From the human T2T-CHM13v2.0 reference genome, Homo sapiens: a stretch of 64,000 bases of DNA. The notes beneath the pieces were generated by a model that searched no databases, was not told where the DNA came from, and was given only the letters and a program-made list of their open reading frames with translations. Numbering within the stretch: position 1 is the first letter of the stretch; the number at the start of each line of letters is the position of its first letter. Location: the NCBI RefSeq assembly GCF_009914755.1, contig NC_060931.1. One strand, given 5' to 3'. Shown here in pieces: positions 1-14,339 of the stretch. The position numbers were made by a program, and so were the translations under genes.

Positions 1-3000
1 ATACATGGAGTGGACGAATGAATTAGGAAACAAAGCCCAGTGATCTACTGCCTACAAGAAACATACTTCACCTATAAAGACACACATAGACTGAAAATAA
101 AGGCATGAGAAAAGATATTCCATGCAAACAAAACCCAAAAAACAGCAGGAGTAGTTACATTTTTATCAGAGAAAACACATTTCAGGAAAGAAACTATAAG
201 AAGCAACAGAGAAGGTCATTATGTAATGATAAAAGGGCCAACTCAGCAGCAGATATAATAATTTTAAATATATACATCTAACACTTGAGCACCTAGATAT
301 ATAAAGCAAATATTATTAGAGCTAAAGAGAGAGAGAGATTCCAATACAAAAATAGCTGGTAACTTCAACATCCCACTTTCAGCATTTGACAGCTCTTCCA
401 GGCAGAAAATCAAAAAAAGAAACATCAGACTTAATCTGCACTATAGAACAAGTGGACTTAGTAGATATTTATAGAGTGTTTCACCCAATGGCTGCAGAAT
501 ACTCATTCTTTTCCTCAGTACATGGGTCATTACCAAGGATAGGCCATATGTTTGGTCACAAAACAAATCTTAAAAAATTCAAAAAAGTTGAAATAATATC
601 AAGCATCTTCTCTGACCATGATGGAAAAAAACTAGAAGCCAATAACAAGAGGAATTTTGGAAATTATACAAACAAATGGAAATTAAACAATATGCTGCTG
701 AATGACCAATGGGTCAATGAAGAAATTTAGAAGGAAATTTAAAAATTTCTTCAAGCAAATGATAATGAAAACACAATATAGTAAACCCTATGGGATACAG
801 GAAAAGCAGTACTAAGTGGGAAGTTTATAGCTGTAAGTGCCTACATCAAAAAACAAGAACAACTTTAGATAAACAACATAATGACACATCTTAAAGAACT
901 AAAAAAGCAAGAGGAAACCAAACCCAAAATTAGTAGGAGAAGAGAAATAATAATGATTAAAGCAGAAATAAATAAATTTGAAGTGAATAAAACAGTACAA
1001 AATATCAATGAAACAAAAAGTTGTTTTTTTTTTTTGGAAAGAGTAACAAAATTGATGAAACCTTAGGCAGACTAAGAGAAAAAGGGAAAAAACTCAAATA
1101 AATAAAATCAGAGATAAAAACTGAGACATTACAACCATTACCACAGAAATTTAGAGGATCCTTAGTGGCTACTATATGCCAATAAATTGAAAAATCTAGA
1201 AAAAAATGGATAATTTCTTCACACATACAATCTACCAAGATTGAATCATGAAGAAATCCAAAATCTGAACAGACCAATAACAAGTAATGAGATTGAAACT
1301 ATAATATAAAAAGTCTCCCAGAGCAAGAGCAAGAAAAACCCAGCATCTGATGGCTTCACTGCTGAGTTCTACAAAACTTTAAAAGATGAACTAGTATCAA
1401 TCCTACTCAAACTCTTAAAAATAAATGAGCAGGGAATACTTCCAAACTAATTCTTCAAGGCCAGCATTATCCTGATACTAAAACCAGAGAAAGGTACATT
1501 TAAAAAATGAAAAACTACAGGCCAATATCACTGATGAATATTGATGTAAAAATCCTCAACAAAATATTAGCAAACCAAACTCAACAACACATTAAACAGA
1601 TCAGTCATTATGACCAAGTGGAATTTATTATAGGGATGCAAAGATCATTCAACATATGCAAATCAAATCAAACAGTGTGATGCGTTATATCAACAGAATG
1701 AAGGAAAAAATCATATGATCATTTCAATTGATGCCAAAAAGCATTTCATAAAATTTAATATCCCTTCATAATAAAAAAACTCTTATAAAACTGTCTATAG
1801 AAGGAACATACCTCAACATAATAAAATCCATATACAACAGAGCCACAACTAGTATCATACTGAATGGGGAAAAACTGAAAGCCTTTCCTCTAAGATCAGG
1901 AACATGACATAGATGTACAATTTCAAACTGTTATTCAACATAGTACTGGAAGTCCTAGCTAGAGCAATCAGACAAGAGAAAAAAATAAAAGGCATCCAAA
2001 TTGGAAAGAAAGAAGTCAAATTGTCCTTGTTTGCAAATGTTATGGTCTTATATTTGAAAAAACTTAAAGACTCCACCAAAGAAACTGTTTGAACTGATAA
2101 ATAAATTCAGTAAATCAATAAATTTTCAGGATACAAAATCAGCTTACAAAAATCAGTAGCATTTCTATCACCAACAGTAAACAATCTGAAAAAGAAATCA
2201 AGAAAGTAATTCCATTTACAACAGCTACACGTAAAATAAAATATCTAGAATTAAATTTAACCAAGAATTGAAAGATCTCTACAATAAAAACTATAAAACA
2301 TTGATTAAAGAAATGGAAATATATTTCAAGTTCATAGGTGGGAAGAATCAATATTGTTAAAGCGTCCATACTACCTAAATCAATCTACAGATTTAATACA
2401 ATCCCCATCAAAATACCAATGACATTCTTCACAGAAATAGAAAAAAGAAGTCCTAAAATTTATATGGAACCACAAAAGACTCAGAATACCCAAAGCTATC
2501 CTGATCAAAAGGAACAAAACTGGAGGAATCACATTTCTGACTTTAAATTATACCACAGAGCTATAGTAACCAAAACAGCATGGTATTGGCATAAAAACAG
2601 ATACAGATCTGTGGAACAGAATGGAGAACACAGAGGTAAATCCATACATCTTCAGTGAACTCATTTTTGAGAAAGGTGCCAAGAACATACTTTGAGAGAA
2701 AGAACAGTCTCTTTAATAAATGGTGCTGTAAAACCTGGATATTCATATGGAAAAGAATGAATCTCTACAATATATCTCTTGCAATATACAAAAATCAAAT
2801 CAAAATTGATTAAAGTCTTAAATCTAACACCTCAAACTATAAAGCTACTACAAGAAAACATTGGGGAAACTCTTCAGGACATTGGTCTGGGCAAAGATTT
2901 TTTGGTTAATACCCCATAAGCACAGGCAACCAAAGGAAAAATGGACAGTTGGGGCCACATCAAATTAAAGAGTTTCTGTATAGCAAGGAAACAAACAACA

Positions 3001-4140
3001 AAGTGAAGAGACAACCCAAAGAATGGGAGAAAATATTTGCAAATGACTTGTCTTACAAGGAATTAATAACCAGAATATATAAGTAGCTCAAAAAACTCTA
3101 TAGGAGAAAATCTAATCATCCAGTTAAAGCATGAGCAAAATTTCTGGATAGATATTTCTCAAAAGATGACATACAAATGGCAAACAGTCGTAAGAAAAGG
3201 TGCTCAACATCACTGATCATCAGAGAAATACAAATCAAAACTACAATGAGATGTCATCTCACCCTAGTTAAAATGGCTTTCATCCAAATGTCAGGCAACA
3301 ACAAATGCTGGTGAGGATGTCGAGGAAAGGGAACTCTTGTACACTGTTGATGAGAATGTAAATTAATACAACTATTATGGAGAACAGTTTGGAGGATCCT
3401 CCAAAAAACTAATAATAGAGCTACTATAGGATCCAGCAATCCCACTCCTAGATATGTGCCCAAAATAAAGGAAATCAGTATATCAAAGAGACATATGCAC
3501 TTTCATGTTTATTGCAGCATTATCCACCATAGCCATGCTTTGGAAGAAACCTGAGTGTTCATCAACAGATGAATAGATCAATAAAATTGTACATATTCAT
3601 AATGGAGTACTAATATTCAGCGATTAAAAAGGAATGAGATCCAGTCATTTCAACAACATGAATGGAAGTGGAGATCACTGTGTTAATTGAAATAAGCCAG
3701 GCAAAGAAAGACAAAATTTGCATATTCTCACTTATTTGTGCGAGCTAAAAATTAAAACGATTGAACTCATGACGTTAGAGAGTAGAACAATGGTTACCAG
3801 TAGTGGGGGAGTCAGAGGCAAGTGGGGATGGTTAATGGGTGGCAAGTGGAGATGGTAAATGGTTACTAACAAATAGAAAGAATGAATAAGAACAAATATT
3901 TCTAGCACAACAGGGTGACTATAGTAAAAAATAATTGAATTGTACGTTATAACAACAGCAAAAGGGTATAATTGAATTGTTTGTAACACAAAATATAAAT
4001 TCTCGAGGTGATGAATACCCCATTTACCCTGGTGTGATTATTATGCATTCCATGCCTATATCAAAATATCTCAAGTAATCCATAAATATATATGCCTATG
4101 ATGTACCCACAAAAATTAAAAATGAAATTAAAAAAATAAA
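1..4140 (+). mobile_element. LINE-1 (L1MA-type), ORF2 to 3' end, decayed
   Basis: ORF fragments translate to L1 ORF2 (DLVDIYRVFHP..., GRINIVK..LPK.IYRFN.IPIKIP). L1MA-type 3'UTR ending ATGTACCCACAAAAATTAAAA plus A-rich tail. Many stops and frameshifts. Confidence 0.95.
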
Positions 4141-4329
4141 AATAATATTTTCTCTCCAAGTCTACATAAGATTTGTCTACAATATCATTATTCATCTCCC
4201 CAGAAAGATGAGAATTTAGGTATACTTAAACTTTTCACCAAGCCTTTCCATTTTCCTTATCATTTGTTTTAAAATATTAGTTCTAACTTTCCTTAGCATA
4301 ACATAATCAGATGTTAATTAAATATTCCA

Positions 4330-4950
4330 ACAAATAATATATTTATCTTTTTTTGCATTTCATTCTTGGCTTCTAGGACCTCTTTTCTTCTGACTTAAGT
4401 TTTTCCTTTTATATCTCTTTGAGCAAACCTCTATAATTCCTGAACTCTTCTTAACATTTGAGCATCTAGAAATGTCTTCGTTTCACCATTTCTCTTTAAA
4501 GTAGTTTAGTTAGATATGGAACTCTAGGTTGACATCCTTTTCTCTCAGCACTTTGAAAATAACTCATTGTGTTCTCACATCTATTTTAGCTCATGTCATT
4601 CTAGTGATTGCTCCTTTATAGTTAATCTGGCCCATCTTTTAGGTTATTTTAAAGGTATTTTTTTTTATCCCTGATATACTGAAATTTTAGCATGGCATAT
4701 TTCTGTGTGTATTTATTATTGTTCATCCTTTTTAACACTCTGTTTTCACTTTCAGTCTGAGGAATCATTACTTCGTTAGTCCTGGAAATTTTCAGTCATC
4801 AACTTTTCAAATGTTGCTGCACCATCATTTTTCTTATTCTTTTCTTCTAAAACTTTTATTAGATGATCTTTCTATCCTTCAAGTTTTTAATAAACTGGTT
4901 CATATTTTTCATCATTTTATCTCCCTGACCTGAATTCAGGCTGAATTTAA
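4330..4950 (-). mobile_element. old L1 (L1ME/L1M5) ORF1-region fragment
   Basis: T-rich sequence resembling antisense L1ME ORF1 (CTAGGTTGAC..TTTTCTCTCAGCACTTTGAAAAT). Confidence 0.6.
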
Positions 4951-6579
4951 CAGTATTATTATTTAAGTATTTAATGGTTGATTTAATGGTTGATGACCAT
5001 TAAACCAAATCCTTTTAACCAGCTATGGCCTCCATCCCCCACTTTCTGAATGCTTTACTGCTAACTGCCTCCTGAGTTATTTTCAGAGCCTGGATCAGGC
5101 TGAGTCTAGAATTTCATATAAAATGTTTCATTTGTTTAGCTTTCTTCCCTTAAGGATTCCGATAGACCGAACTTTTGGTTCAGGGTCTTCAGGGAGAACT
5201 CTAATTAAGGCAAGCACTATTTTCTGATTAATTCTCTTTATGATTATATCCACTTTAGATTATATTTCATCTTTTGTGTTGTTATTTTATGAACTCACAC
5301 ACACATACAGACACGCACACGCACATGCATTTCAGAATTTCCAATTGGTTCTTCTTTCTTTGGCAATTAGCAGAATTTATCTAATAAATAAGAAGTCCCA
5401 GACTCCAAGTGGCTCCAGGATAGACTAATTCATTCACTTACAAATACAGAAGCATCAGTGATGTAAAGCAGAAATGTGAGCCAATTTCTAAAAAAGGCAT
5501 CAGTAGGGGAAAGGTATACTGGAAATTTACTTGTCCAGGAGACTACACTAGGCCAGATCATGGACTCTCTGGTTTCATTTTTAGAAATATTTTTTGTAAA
5601 TTTTATTTTTTAAAATTATACTGTAAAATTTACCTTTTTGGTGTGAAGTTCTCTGAATTTTAACACATACATAGATTTGTGTAATGAACACTGCAACCAG
5701 GATTTAAAACCTTACCACCATGTAAGTCTCTTTACCCTCCTCCCTATATGTTAGAGTTGGCATGTATTACATCTCCTTATGTTGAAAATCCCAGTGGACA
5801 ATGGTATAATTTTTGCACCCAATCATCAAATATACCATACAGGACCAATGGGAGAAGAATCTATTTATTTACTCAGATGGAAACCAACCTGTGAAAATGC
5901 TGAGATGGTGGTGGTAGATAGGGGCTGGAAGGCAGTGATTTGCTATGTCGTAGTGCTACAACTGTAAAACCTAGATCCCAGATATTGATCACATAAGGGA
6001 AGTGGCTTTGTGTCCCTAACTATGAATGTTGAGATGGCAGAGCAGAGTTGGAGGCTCAGTTTGTAATACACAATATATTTGTGATTGCGCTGCTGATCAT
6101 GTGGCAGGTGAGATTAGTGGTTCCCCATTTTACAGTTTATAAGCTACGCAACTTAGGGACTTGTTCCCTGTCTCTGAGGGCTCTGCTGGGTCTCTCTTCA
6201 CTATCCCAGAAGGCAGTGGGCAATACCAGCACTACGTAACTCCTATTGTCCCCATCTCTGTAAGCTTTATCAGTTACATGTTTCAGGTCAGGTGTATATA
6301 CTTTTGTTTTTAAACCATCTTTTGTTTAGTATTACCTATTGATACTTACTGATATCCCTATACTCATCAAGCTGTTACAGAAATCTTTTTTCTTCAATAA
6401 TATTTCCTCTTGTCATGTTATCAAAGCTTATATTAATAGTTGTTTTGAAAGGCTCATTTGAAAATTTTCTTTACCTTTTTTCATTTGTAAATATAGTTGA
6501 GAATTACCATAGAAACTGGTAAGACAAACAATTTTCACATATGTGAGAAATTGTGACTTTAGTTATTGTACTTTTTTTT

Positions 6580-6880
6580 TTCACTTTGTCCCCTCCATCC
6601 ATTGTCTGATCTTCTCTGTGTCCTGGGAAACTGATCCCTAGAAACTCTTTGCCTTCTGCTTGATTTCAACCAGTCATAGGCACAGAAAGGACAATAGAAA
6701 GAGAGAGAGAGAGAGAGACTATGGTATTCATCCCCTCTGCTCTTTCCTGCCTTGTGCAGTTCTGGAAGTGGCTACACAGCATGTATTGCGCAGCTTCCCT
6801 TCAATCTCCAGCTCTCGACAGGCTCTGTAATAATCTTCACACCTCCGCCTTGTCTTGCCCCATTGATTTTAAGGGTAGGC
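6580..6880 (+). mobile_element. ERVL-class LTR (LTR16/LTR33-like), decayed
   Basis: Lies directly 5' of ERVL gag/pol remnants and resembles old ERVL LTRs. Contains (GA)n at about 6700-6718. Confidence 0.5.
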
Positions 6881-8350
6881 TGAGGAAACAGGTGCAGAAA
6901 ATGGGATTCCTTCATTTAATGAAGGCAACTGGATTCCTCTTCACCATAGGAGATGGGAGACAGGTAGTCTTTGGCATGCCATGACACTCATTTTCATTGG
7001 TTGGAGTGTGAGATGACGGTGTGCTGATAGATTGCAGGCTGTTTCTTCTGTCCTGGGAATGCTACTTCTGATTTTCCTAGACAGCATACACAAAGAAAAA
7101 CATAACGTAAAATCTTTCAACTCCCAACTCAAGACATTATAGATAATCATAAAGTCTTTTGAGAGGCCTTAAAGGAATTCCCTAGACTCATGTAGCAATA
7201 GGGAAGATATGGTTAAGAATCGAGTGCAAAGCCTGATTGTCTGGGTTGATAAGTTGCAAAAACTGTTAAATATACAAACTCTCCAAGTCTATTGTACTAA
7301 TAAAAAGCCAACACTGGGCAAAAAGAGGGATGAAAATATGAAGCTGATCATTTTGAACACCAAATCTCTGTGAACTTTCCTTGCTAGTAAAAGCAGCCTC
7401 TTTTAGATATGATGATAGTGGAAGATGCTACTGTGGATTGAGTTCCTTGATGTTAGGGAATAATGGGCTTAATACTTATAAGATACAGAGATGGTGATTT
7501 CTAAAACATGCATGTTTAGCTCTCCTGTTTGATTGGTAAAAAAGCCAGATAGGCCCTGTAGAATGCCTGTGTATTATTAATCCAGTGGTGAATACAATTA
7601 TAACTGTAGTCTGTTACGGTATCTTTCTTGTATCAAATCAACTCAGCTTCTAACAGCTTTATGGAACTATTGTCCTAGCAAAAATTTCCTGTTATATACC
7701 AGTCAGCAGAGACAATCAGAGGTACTTTGCCTTTGACTAATAGGATTAAATTTATGCTTTCATTTTCTCGACTCCAGGATAAGAAAGCTCTTGATCTTGG
7801 CCATAATATAAACATAACATTCTATGGGGACTGTGACCATCCTATAGAACCTCACTATGGTCCATTGCATGTATAACATTATGCTAATTAGATTTGGTGA
7901 CCAGTAATGATCAAGTATCTAAATGTCTCATCAAGGAACATCTAAGCCAGAGGATGGAGGATACAATTTTAGAGACAGCTGCATGATGATATTTCCAAGG
8001 ATTGAGTGGTCTCAGAAATGTCAGGGTACCTTCTCTTATGTGAGAAAGAGGTTGCTGTACTTTGTACTGCTCCACATAAAACAATTGCAATAATTAGTGG
8101 ACTTCTTTGAGTACTAAAGTCAACATATTTCAAATTTAGAAATGCTATTTCAACCTATTTACTGACCAAACTGCAGATTTTAAAGGGGAATCAGAAGAGA
8201 AGGATCTGCAATAGGTCAAGATTTCAGGACAAACTTTCTTGACCCAGTAGATCGAATCGTACTTAAAGTATAGAAAGAGATGCTACATAGAACCTCTGCT
8301 TCTTGACAAAGAGAGAACAAGAGTACAGACTCCTAGGATTTTGGAGGAAG
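6880..8350 (+). mobile_element. ERVL internal region (gag and pol/RT remnants)
   Basis: About 7515-7580 translates FSSPV*LVKKPDRPCRMPVYY, matching ERVL [23 protein letters not shown]. About 7115-7340 resembles ERVL gag (NSQLK...). Many stops. Confidence 0.8.
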
Positions 8351-9463
8351 TTTTTCCTGTGCATTGCATTCTGTGGCTAATGAGAAACATAACAATAGAT
8401 CTCACACCAGAACTAAAACACTATATTTCCTGGTCGAAAATAATGTCTTCTTGTTTGTTTGGATGATCTCTAGATATTCCAATGTTTGACAGAATAATAT
8501 CTCCGATGCTTAAACTGTGTTGGGCTGTATCTACAGTTGGATAGGTAACTTTTCTGTGTATCAGAGGCTCTTGGCTAGAGACCCCTCAAGGGCTACCCTG
8601 TTGGATAAATCAATTTATGATCTAAATCTCACAAGGAGAAGCTATAGTTTTGACATCCTTTTTATCTCCTTTTCTGGAAAGTTCTGAGCTGGCTCCTTAT
8701 ATGCTCTGTATCATATGTATTAAGCAGTCTTTTGTCAATTGCAAGAAATCCCCATTCCCACCTCCCAGTATTAAAAAAAAAACCTTTTAACAGAAAATAA
8801 AGATGGAAACATCATCAATGTCATAATATTTGGCTTTTTGATCTAAAAGTCATAACTATACAGCCTTATAAGAGGGAGATTTCTTTAAAACTCTATCTAG
8901 GAACTTTGTCAAATTACTTTGTACCCTTAGGGGTTAAATTATTTTTAGGGGGTACGGTTGTCACACAGTCCATGAGATTTAGGTCTTTTCTCTTTTCCAA
9001 ATACAATTCTATTTACATGAGGCGTGTAGCACCCTAGCAACACTATCCTGCCTTGCACTAGCCTGCACAGTTTCAGAAGGTGGTTAAGGGTGGGATAAAA
9101 AAGGCATAATGTCTCCCATTAGGATTATTAAAGTATAACTCTAATCCCTCCAATGGAGTCTGTTCACTCCCAGTAAACTCCCTTCAAGACTATTAATAAT
9201 AATAAAAGAATGTTATATTTGGTCTTTGGTTCATGGTAGAGTCATCACAAGAGGTATATATCAAATTAGTAAACTGTAATTTAAATGCTTAACATTGATT
9301 GACTACACTGCCCCCAGAAGATGACTTTTTAAACTCCCCTGGATATGCTATTGCTCTAGTGCCTTAGCTCTTTTCCTGAAGCTTAGGATGGGTTTTGAGA
9401 CCATATGTCTAGCTTTTTGTACCAAATTGCAAAATAAATGAGAAAAAATGAGCAAATAATGTA

Positions 9464-9797
9464 GGCCAGGCACAGTGGCCCATGTCTGTAACCCCAGCAT
9501 CTTGGGAGGCCTAGTTGGGAGGATTGCCTGAGGCCAGGAGTTCAGACTGGGCGACATAGTGAGACCCTGCCTCTAAAAACAAACAAACAAAAATAGCCAG
9601 GCATAGAGGCCTGTGCCTGTATTCCTAGCTATTCTGGAGGCAGAAGTGGTGGAAGGATTACTTGAGCTCAGGAATTTAAGGTTACCATGAGCTATGATTG
9701 GGTCACTGTACTCCTTCACTCCAGCCTGGGTGATAGAGTGAGACCCTGTCTCTACACAAAAGAAACAACCTCCCCCCCAACAAAAAAAAAAGCAAAA
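9464..9797 (+). mobile_element. AluJ
   Basis: Dimeric Alu, highly diverged, J-type features (CTTGAGCTCAGGA, GAGACCCTGTCTC), A-rich tail. Confidence 0.9.
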
Positions 9798-10361
9798 ACC
9801 TAGCAGCACATACAGCAAACCTGTTGTATAAACACAGCAAATGTTTATAATGAGAAACTTACTGAAATAAGAGGACTAGTATATTTGTGGCACTCTGGAA
9901 AAGCCCACAGGAATCTAACAAAGCTAGATGTCATTTTCTGAGAGAGGGTCTCTGGCTGAAAAAGCACCATGGCATGACTTGAATTGAATTGTAGATCAAA
10001 TAATGTAGTCATAGCTGTATAATGTAACATAACTTAGGCCATCAGTACTGATCTGTTTATTTTTTGGCTAGGAGAGCACAAGTCCCTCTTCTGTGATGAA
10101 GAATTGGGGCCCACGCCTTGCCCTTATAGACGTGTGACAAAAAAAGCCACTGCCTTCCAACCCTGATCCACCACTAGCACAGCATCCTCATAGAATTAAA
10201 CATCTTTAGTATTTGGCTGTATCTCTTTTCCGTGGAGCAATTTGAGTTTTCAGTTGGTTCTGCCCTGTAAGCAGTCCACACCTTCTCAGAAAGACCACTT
10301 GCAGGGGATCAGATATAGAAACAATTAACTCTTCTTATCTCTCATGCAGAATTGCTGAAGA

Positions 10362-10511
10362 GGCCAGGCACAGTGGCTCATGCCCATAATCCGAACTATT
10401 TGGAAGGCTGAGGTGGGCAGATTGCTTGAGCCCAGGAGTTTGAGACCAGCCTGAGCAACATAGTGAGACCTCATCTCTTTTTAAAACATAAAATTAAAAA
10501 AAAGAAACTAT
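10362..10511 (+). mobile_element. FLAM / free left Alu monomer with perfect TSD
   Basis: Single Alu monomer plus A-tail. TSD AGAATTGCTGAAGA at 10348-10361 and 10512-10525. Confidence 0.9.
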
Positions 10512-10529
10512 AGAATTGCTGAAGAGATA

Positions 10530-10980
10530 TAATGAGAAACGATTCTGTGATTTGAAAGAAACAATAAAACAACTTTTGGAGATGACATGTTTACATGGTA
10601 GATGATCCCTTTGTAAAAAAAAAAAAAAGATAGTATTGAGAATGCATAAGTTTGTATATTGATGGTTCAGCAGCAATGATAGGAAGGTGTAAAAGCTTTA
10701 CACAATAAGTTCAATTTGAAAACTCTAAAATTGAAGTAATACATTTTTCTATTCACAGACACTCTTTTATATGTAAAGGTTTGCCTGGAGTTCTGGAATC
10801 CATAATAAAAATGTTGTCAAAATGATACATCTATTAAAATTCAAGCCTCTACACTCCAATTCTATTTTTAGTTTTATTTAAAGCAATGGGAGCAGAACAC
10901 AACATTCCACTGTTTTATACTGAAGTATGCTGATTGTAAAAAGAAATTTATCAAGAGTTTGTAAATTAAAAGTATTATGT
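10530..10980 (+). mobile_element. hAT-Charlie transposase remnant (5' part)
   Basis: Translates VCIDGSAAMIGR (CTDGAAAMTG motif), IHRH, AMGAEH..LFYTEV, all typical of Charlie/hAT transposases. Confidence 0.8.
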
Positions 10981-11989
10981 AAGGAAGTCACTATATGCAG
11001 TCCATGCTTAAGAATTAGGGGGTTATGGTTGACCTCCATAAAGGCAGAGTATATACATAAATTATTTAAATTTATCTACATGGACTATTCTCTTTAATTA
11101 TTCAATCATTTTCTTATTAGTATGGATTCAGGTTACTTACTTTACACTTTGAGTAAGTATCCATAATACTTTATGGGTAGCTCAAATGGGTCCATCTTGG
11201 CTATGGAGAGCTCTTTTACTTGGCTCTTATGTGTCATTAACATAATCTCATTATTGTATTTTCTCCTTTCTTCTCTCTCTCCTTACATCCCTTCCTCTTT
11301 CCTCCCCTCATTCATGCACCTTCTTACTTTCTGGCATTACAGTATCTTCTAGGCTTATGTTTTATACTTCCTGCCCCAATTCTAGAATCAGCTTTGTTCT
11401 AAGAAGCCCTGGTTCATTTTATTGGAGAATGGCATTAGAAACCTAGGTCTGAGCACTAGGTGTGCTCACTGCTACTGGAATGTCCTAGTTTCTAAGACCT
11501 GTCAATTGACAGAGCAAATAAATATATATGCGTATACTAATCCATGTATTTATATATAACTATTTCTATCTGTACCTATATTAAGCAAAATACGAGTTTA
11601 TCCTGAGGTCTCTAGCTCTGTTATATTACTCCGTGAATAATTTTAGTCTTCTCCCCTTGCTTCCATTCCAACATTAAGAAACCTGGCTTCCCACCATCTG
11701 CCAGCCATGGACTTTACTGTTCAAGTGCAGTACAGATTTATAATGGTTGCAGAATGTTAAACTGTACCCCTGTGGAGGGAAACAATGTTATCATCTGTAG
11801 TATAGTGTTTATGTACTGTCCCTTTTGATTTTAGTCTTACAATTTCTGCTCACTTCCAAAATTACTTAGGTGAGCCTCATTTTCACCAAGCTTCTTCTGA
11901 GATCGCTTCATATACTTGTGATACAGTTATGTTATTTTGTCCCCATCTGTATTTTGGCTTAGGATCCTTCAACCTCCTAAATGATTTAC

Positions 11990-12306
11990 TTTTATTTTTT
12001 ATTTTAATTTTTTTAGAGACAAGGTTTGCTCTGTTGCCCAGGGTAGAGTGCAGTGGCACAATCATAGCCCATGTTATGTAGCCTTGAACTCCTGGGCTCC
12101 AGCAATTCTGCACCTCAGCCTCCCAAGTAGCTAGAACTACAGGCACATGTCACCACATCCAGATAATTTAATTTAATTTAATTTTTTTTTAAAAGAAGAG
12201 GTCTTACTATATACCCAGGCTAGTGTCAAACCCTGGCATCTAGTGATCTTCCTGCCTTGGTCTCTCAAAGTGCTGGAAGTACAGGCACAAGCCATCATGT
12301 CTAGCC
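11990..12306 (-). mobile_element. AluJ inserted in L1
   Basis: Antisense dimeric Alu with T-rich tail at about 11990-12015 and J-type divergence. Confidence 0.9.
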
Positions 12307-13266
12307 CCCTAAAAGATTTTTAAAATTTGCATCTATTAGGGTCCACTCTGTGTGCTGTGAATTTCTATGATTTTGACAAATATATAATGTCACGTATCTA
12401 CTATTACAGCACCACACAGAAGAGTTTCACCACCCTATAAAATTCCTTGATTTAGCCCTCCCCCTCCCTCCAAACTCTTGCAACCACTGATCTGTTTACT
12501 ATCTCTATTGTTTTGCCTTTTTTTAAGGATATCATGTAAATATAATTATAGCGTATCTAGCCTTTTCAGACTGACTTCTTTCACTAGAAGTATAAATTTA
12601 AGATTCAGCTTTGTTATTCACATGGCTTGATAGATTATTTTTAGTTATTAAATAATATTCCATTATATAGATATACTGTACTTTGTTTATCCATTCGCCT
12701 ATTAAATAACATTTTGGCCGCTCATCACTTTTGGCAACTGTGAATGAAAGCTGCTATTAACCTGGAGTGCAGATTTTTAAGTGGAAGTGTTTTCAGATCA
12801 GTTGGGTAAATAATGAGGAACACGACTGCTGGATTGTATGGTGAATATGTTTGGTATTGTAAGAAACTGCTAAATGGTCTTCCAATGTGGTCATATCATT
12901 TGCATTTCCACCAACAATGGCTGAGAGTTCTTGTTCCATATCTCCTCCAGCAATTGCTATTGTCAATTTTTAGACCGTAGTTATTCTGCTACTTGTGTAG
13001 TGATATCTCATTGTTTTATTTTACATTTCTCTAATAACAAATAAGGTTGAATATCATCCCATTTGCATATTTGCCATTTGTAGATTTTCTTTGATGAGGT
13101 GTCTATTTAAACTCTTGCCTACTTTTTGTTTTTTCTTATTGTTGAGTTTTAAATATTTATATATTTTGTATAAAAGTCCTTTATCAGATATATTTGGCAA
13201 ATATTTTTGTGTAAAGTCTGTGTCTAAGGTTTTTTTTCTTTTTCACATATGAATATCTAAAGGTTC

Positions 13267-13411
13267 TGTAGCAGGATGAGCCACAGACAAAACCTCTCAG
13301 ACACCGAGATAGTGAAGGGAGTGGCTTTAATCAGCTGGGAGCATCGGCAGGCTAGCATCTTAAAATCCGAGCTCGTCAGGTGCGTAATAGATGTAGTTTA
13401 TCTAATCTACA
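13267..13411 (-). mobile_element. internally deleted solo LTR22 (HERV-K22/HML-5)
   Basis: TGTAGCAGGA.GAGCC.CAGACAAAACC..TCAGACACCGAG matches my recall of the LTR22 terminus. Ends TGTAG...CTACA and is flanked by GTTC direct repeats. Confidence 0.7.
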
Positions 13412-14339
13412 GTTCCAACACCATTTCTTGAAAAGACTATCCTTTTTCCATTGAATTGCCTTTGCACCTTTGTCAAAATCAGTTTATATATGTATATGGT
13501 TTTATTTCTAGACCTTCTCTTCTGTCCCACTGATTTATGTGTCTTGATTACTGTAGCTTTGTAATAAGTATTGAAATTAGGTAGTATAAGTTTTTCAACT
13601 TTGTTCTTCAGTATTGTGTTGGCCATTTTAGATCCTTTGCTTTTTTGTATAAATTTTAAATAAGTTTGTCAATATCTACAGAATAGCCTACCAGAATTTT
13701 GATTAGGATTGAGGTCAAGTTAGGAAAAACTGATATCTTAATAATTTTGAGTCTTCTAACCCATAAGCACAGAATATATGGTCTTTATACCAAAGTACTT
13801 CAATTTTGGGATGCTATTGTAAATGATATTGCTTTTTAAATTTCAAATGCCAATTGTCCAATGCCAGTGTAAAGTAAAGCAATTGACTTCTGTATGTTGA
13901 CCTTGTATCATGTGAATTTGATATTTCTTGCTTATTACTTAAAGGAGGCTGTTGTAGATTCTTTGGGAATTGTTACATTGAAAATCATGCCATCTTTAAA
14001 TAAAGATGGTTTATGTTACTTCATTTCCAAACTGTATAACTTTTATTTCATTTTGTTGCCATATTCCACAAACTAGGATTAGTCGCCTCCAGCAATTCCT
14101 CAAAATTATCAGTATATGGCTCCAGGGGCTTTGGTTCCAGGTAAGCAGGTCTGTCCTGTGTGTCTTTAGGTACACATGTCTTTTCATATTTTGGGGTTTT
14201 GGTTTGTCTAGTGATGTATAGTTCTGTGATGAGTCCAAAAACAGTCACTGATTTTCAGTTTGTCCAGCTTTTTCTTGTTAAGGTTGGGGGTGATGACTTC
14301 TAATCTCTTTACATGTCAGAGCTGAAACTGGAAGTCTCT

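Larger units (their letters stand above)
10980..14338 (-). mobile_element. L1MC/L1MD, internally deleted (5'UTR start joined to ORF2 3' half)
   Basis: Antisense L1MC-type 3'UTR, ORF2 fragment (ORF 13402..13626 LILPNFNTYYKATVIKT), and L1M 5' terminus at about 14080-14338. Confidence 0.85.

Noticed and set aside
386-3463. ORFs with L1 ORF2 similarity (also 27075-30878 and 54615-55624)
   Set aside because: Fragments of dead L1 copies, not host genes.
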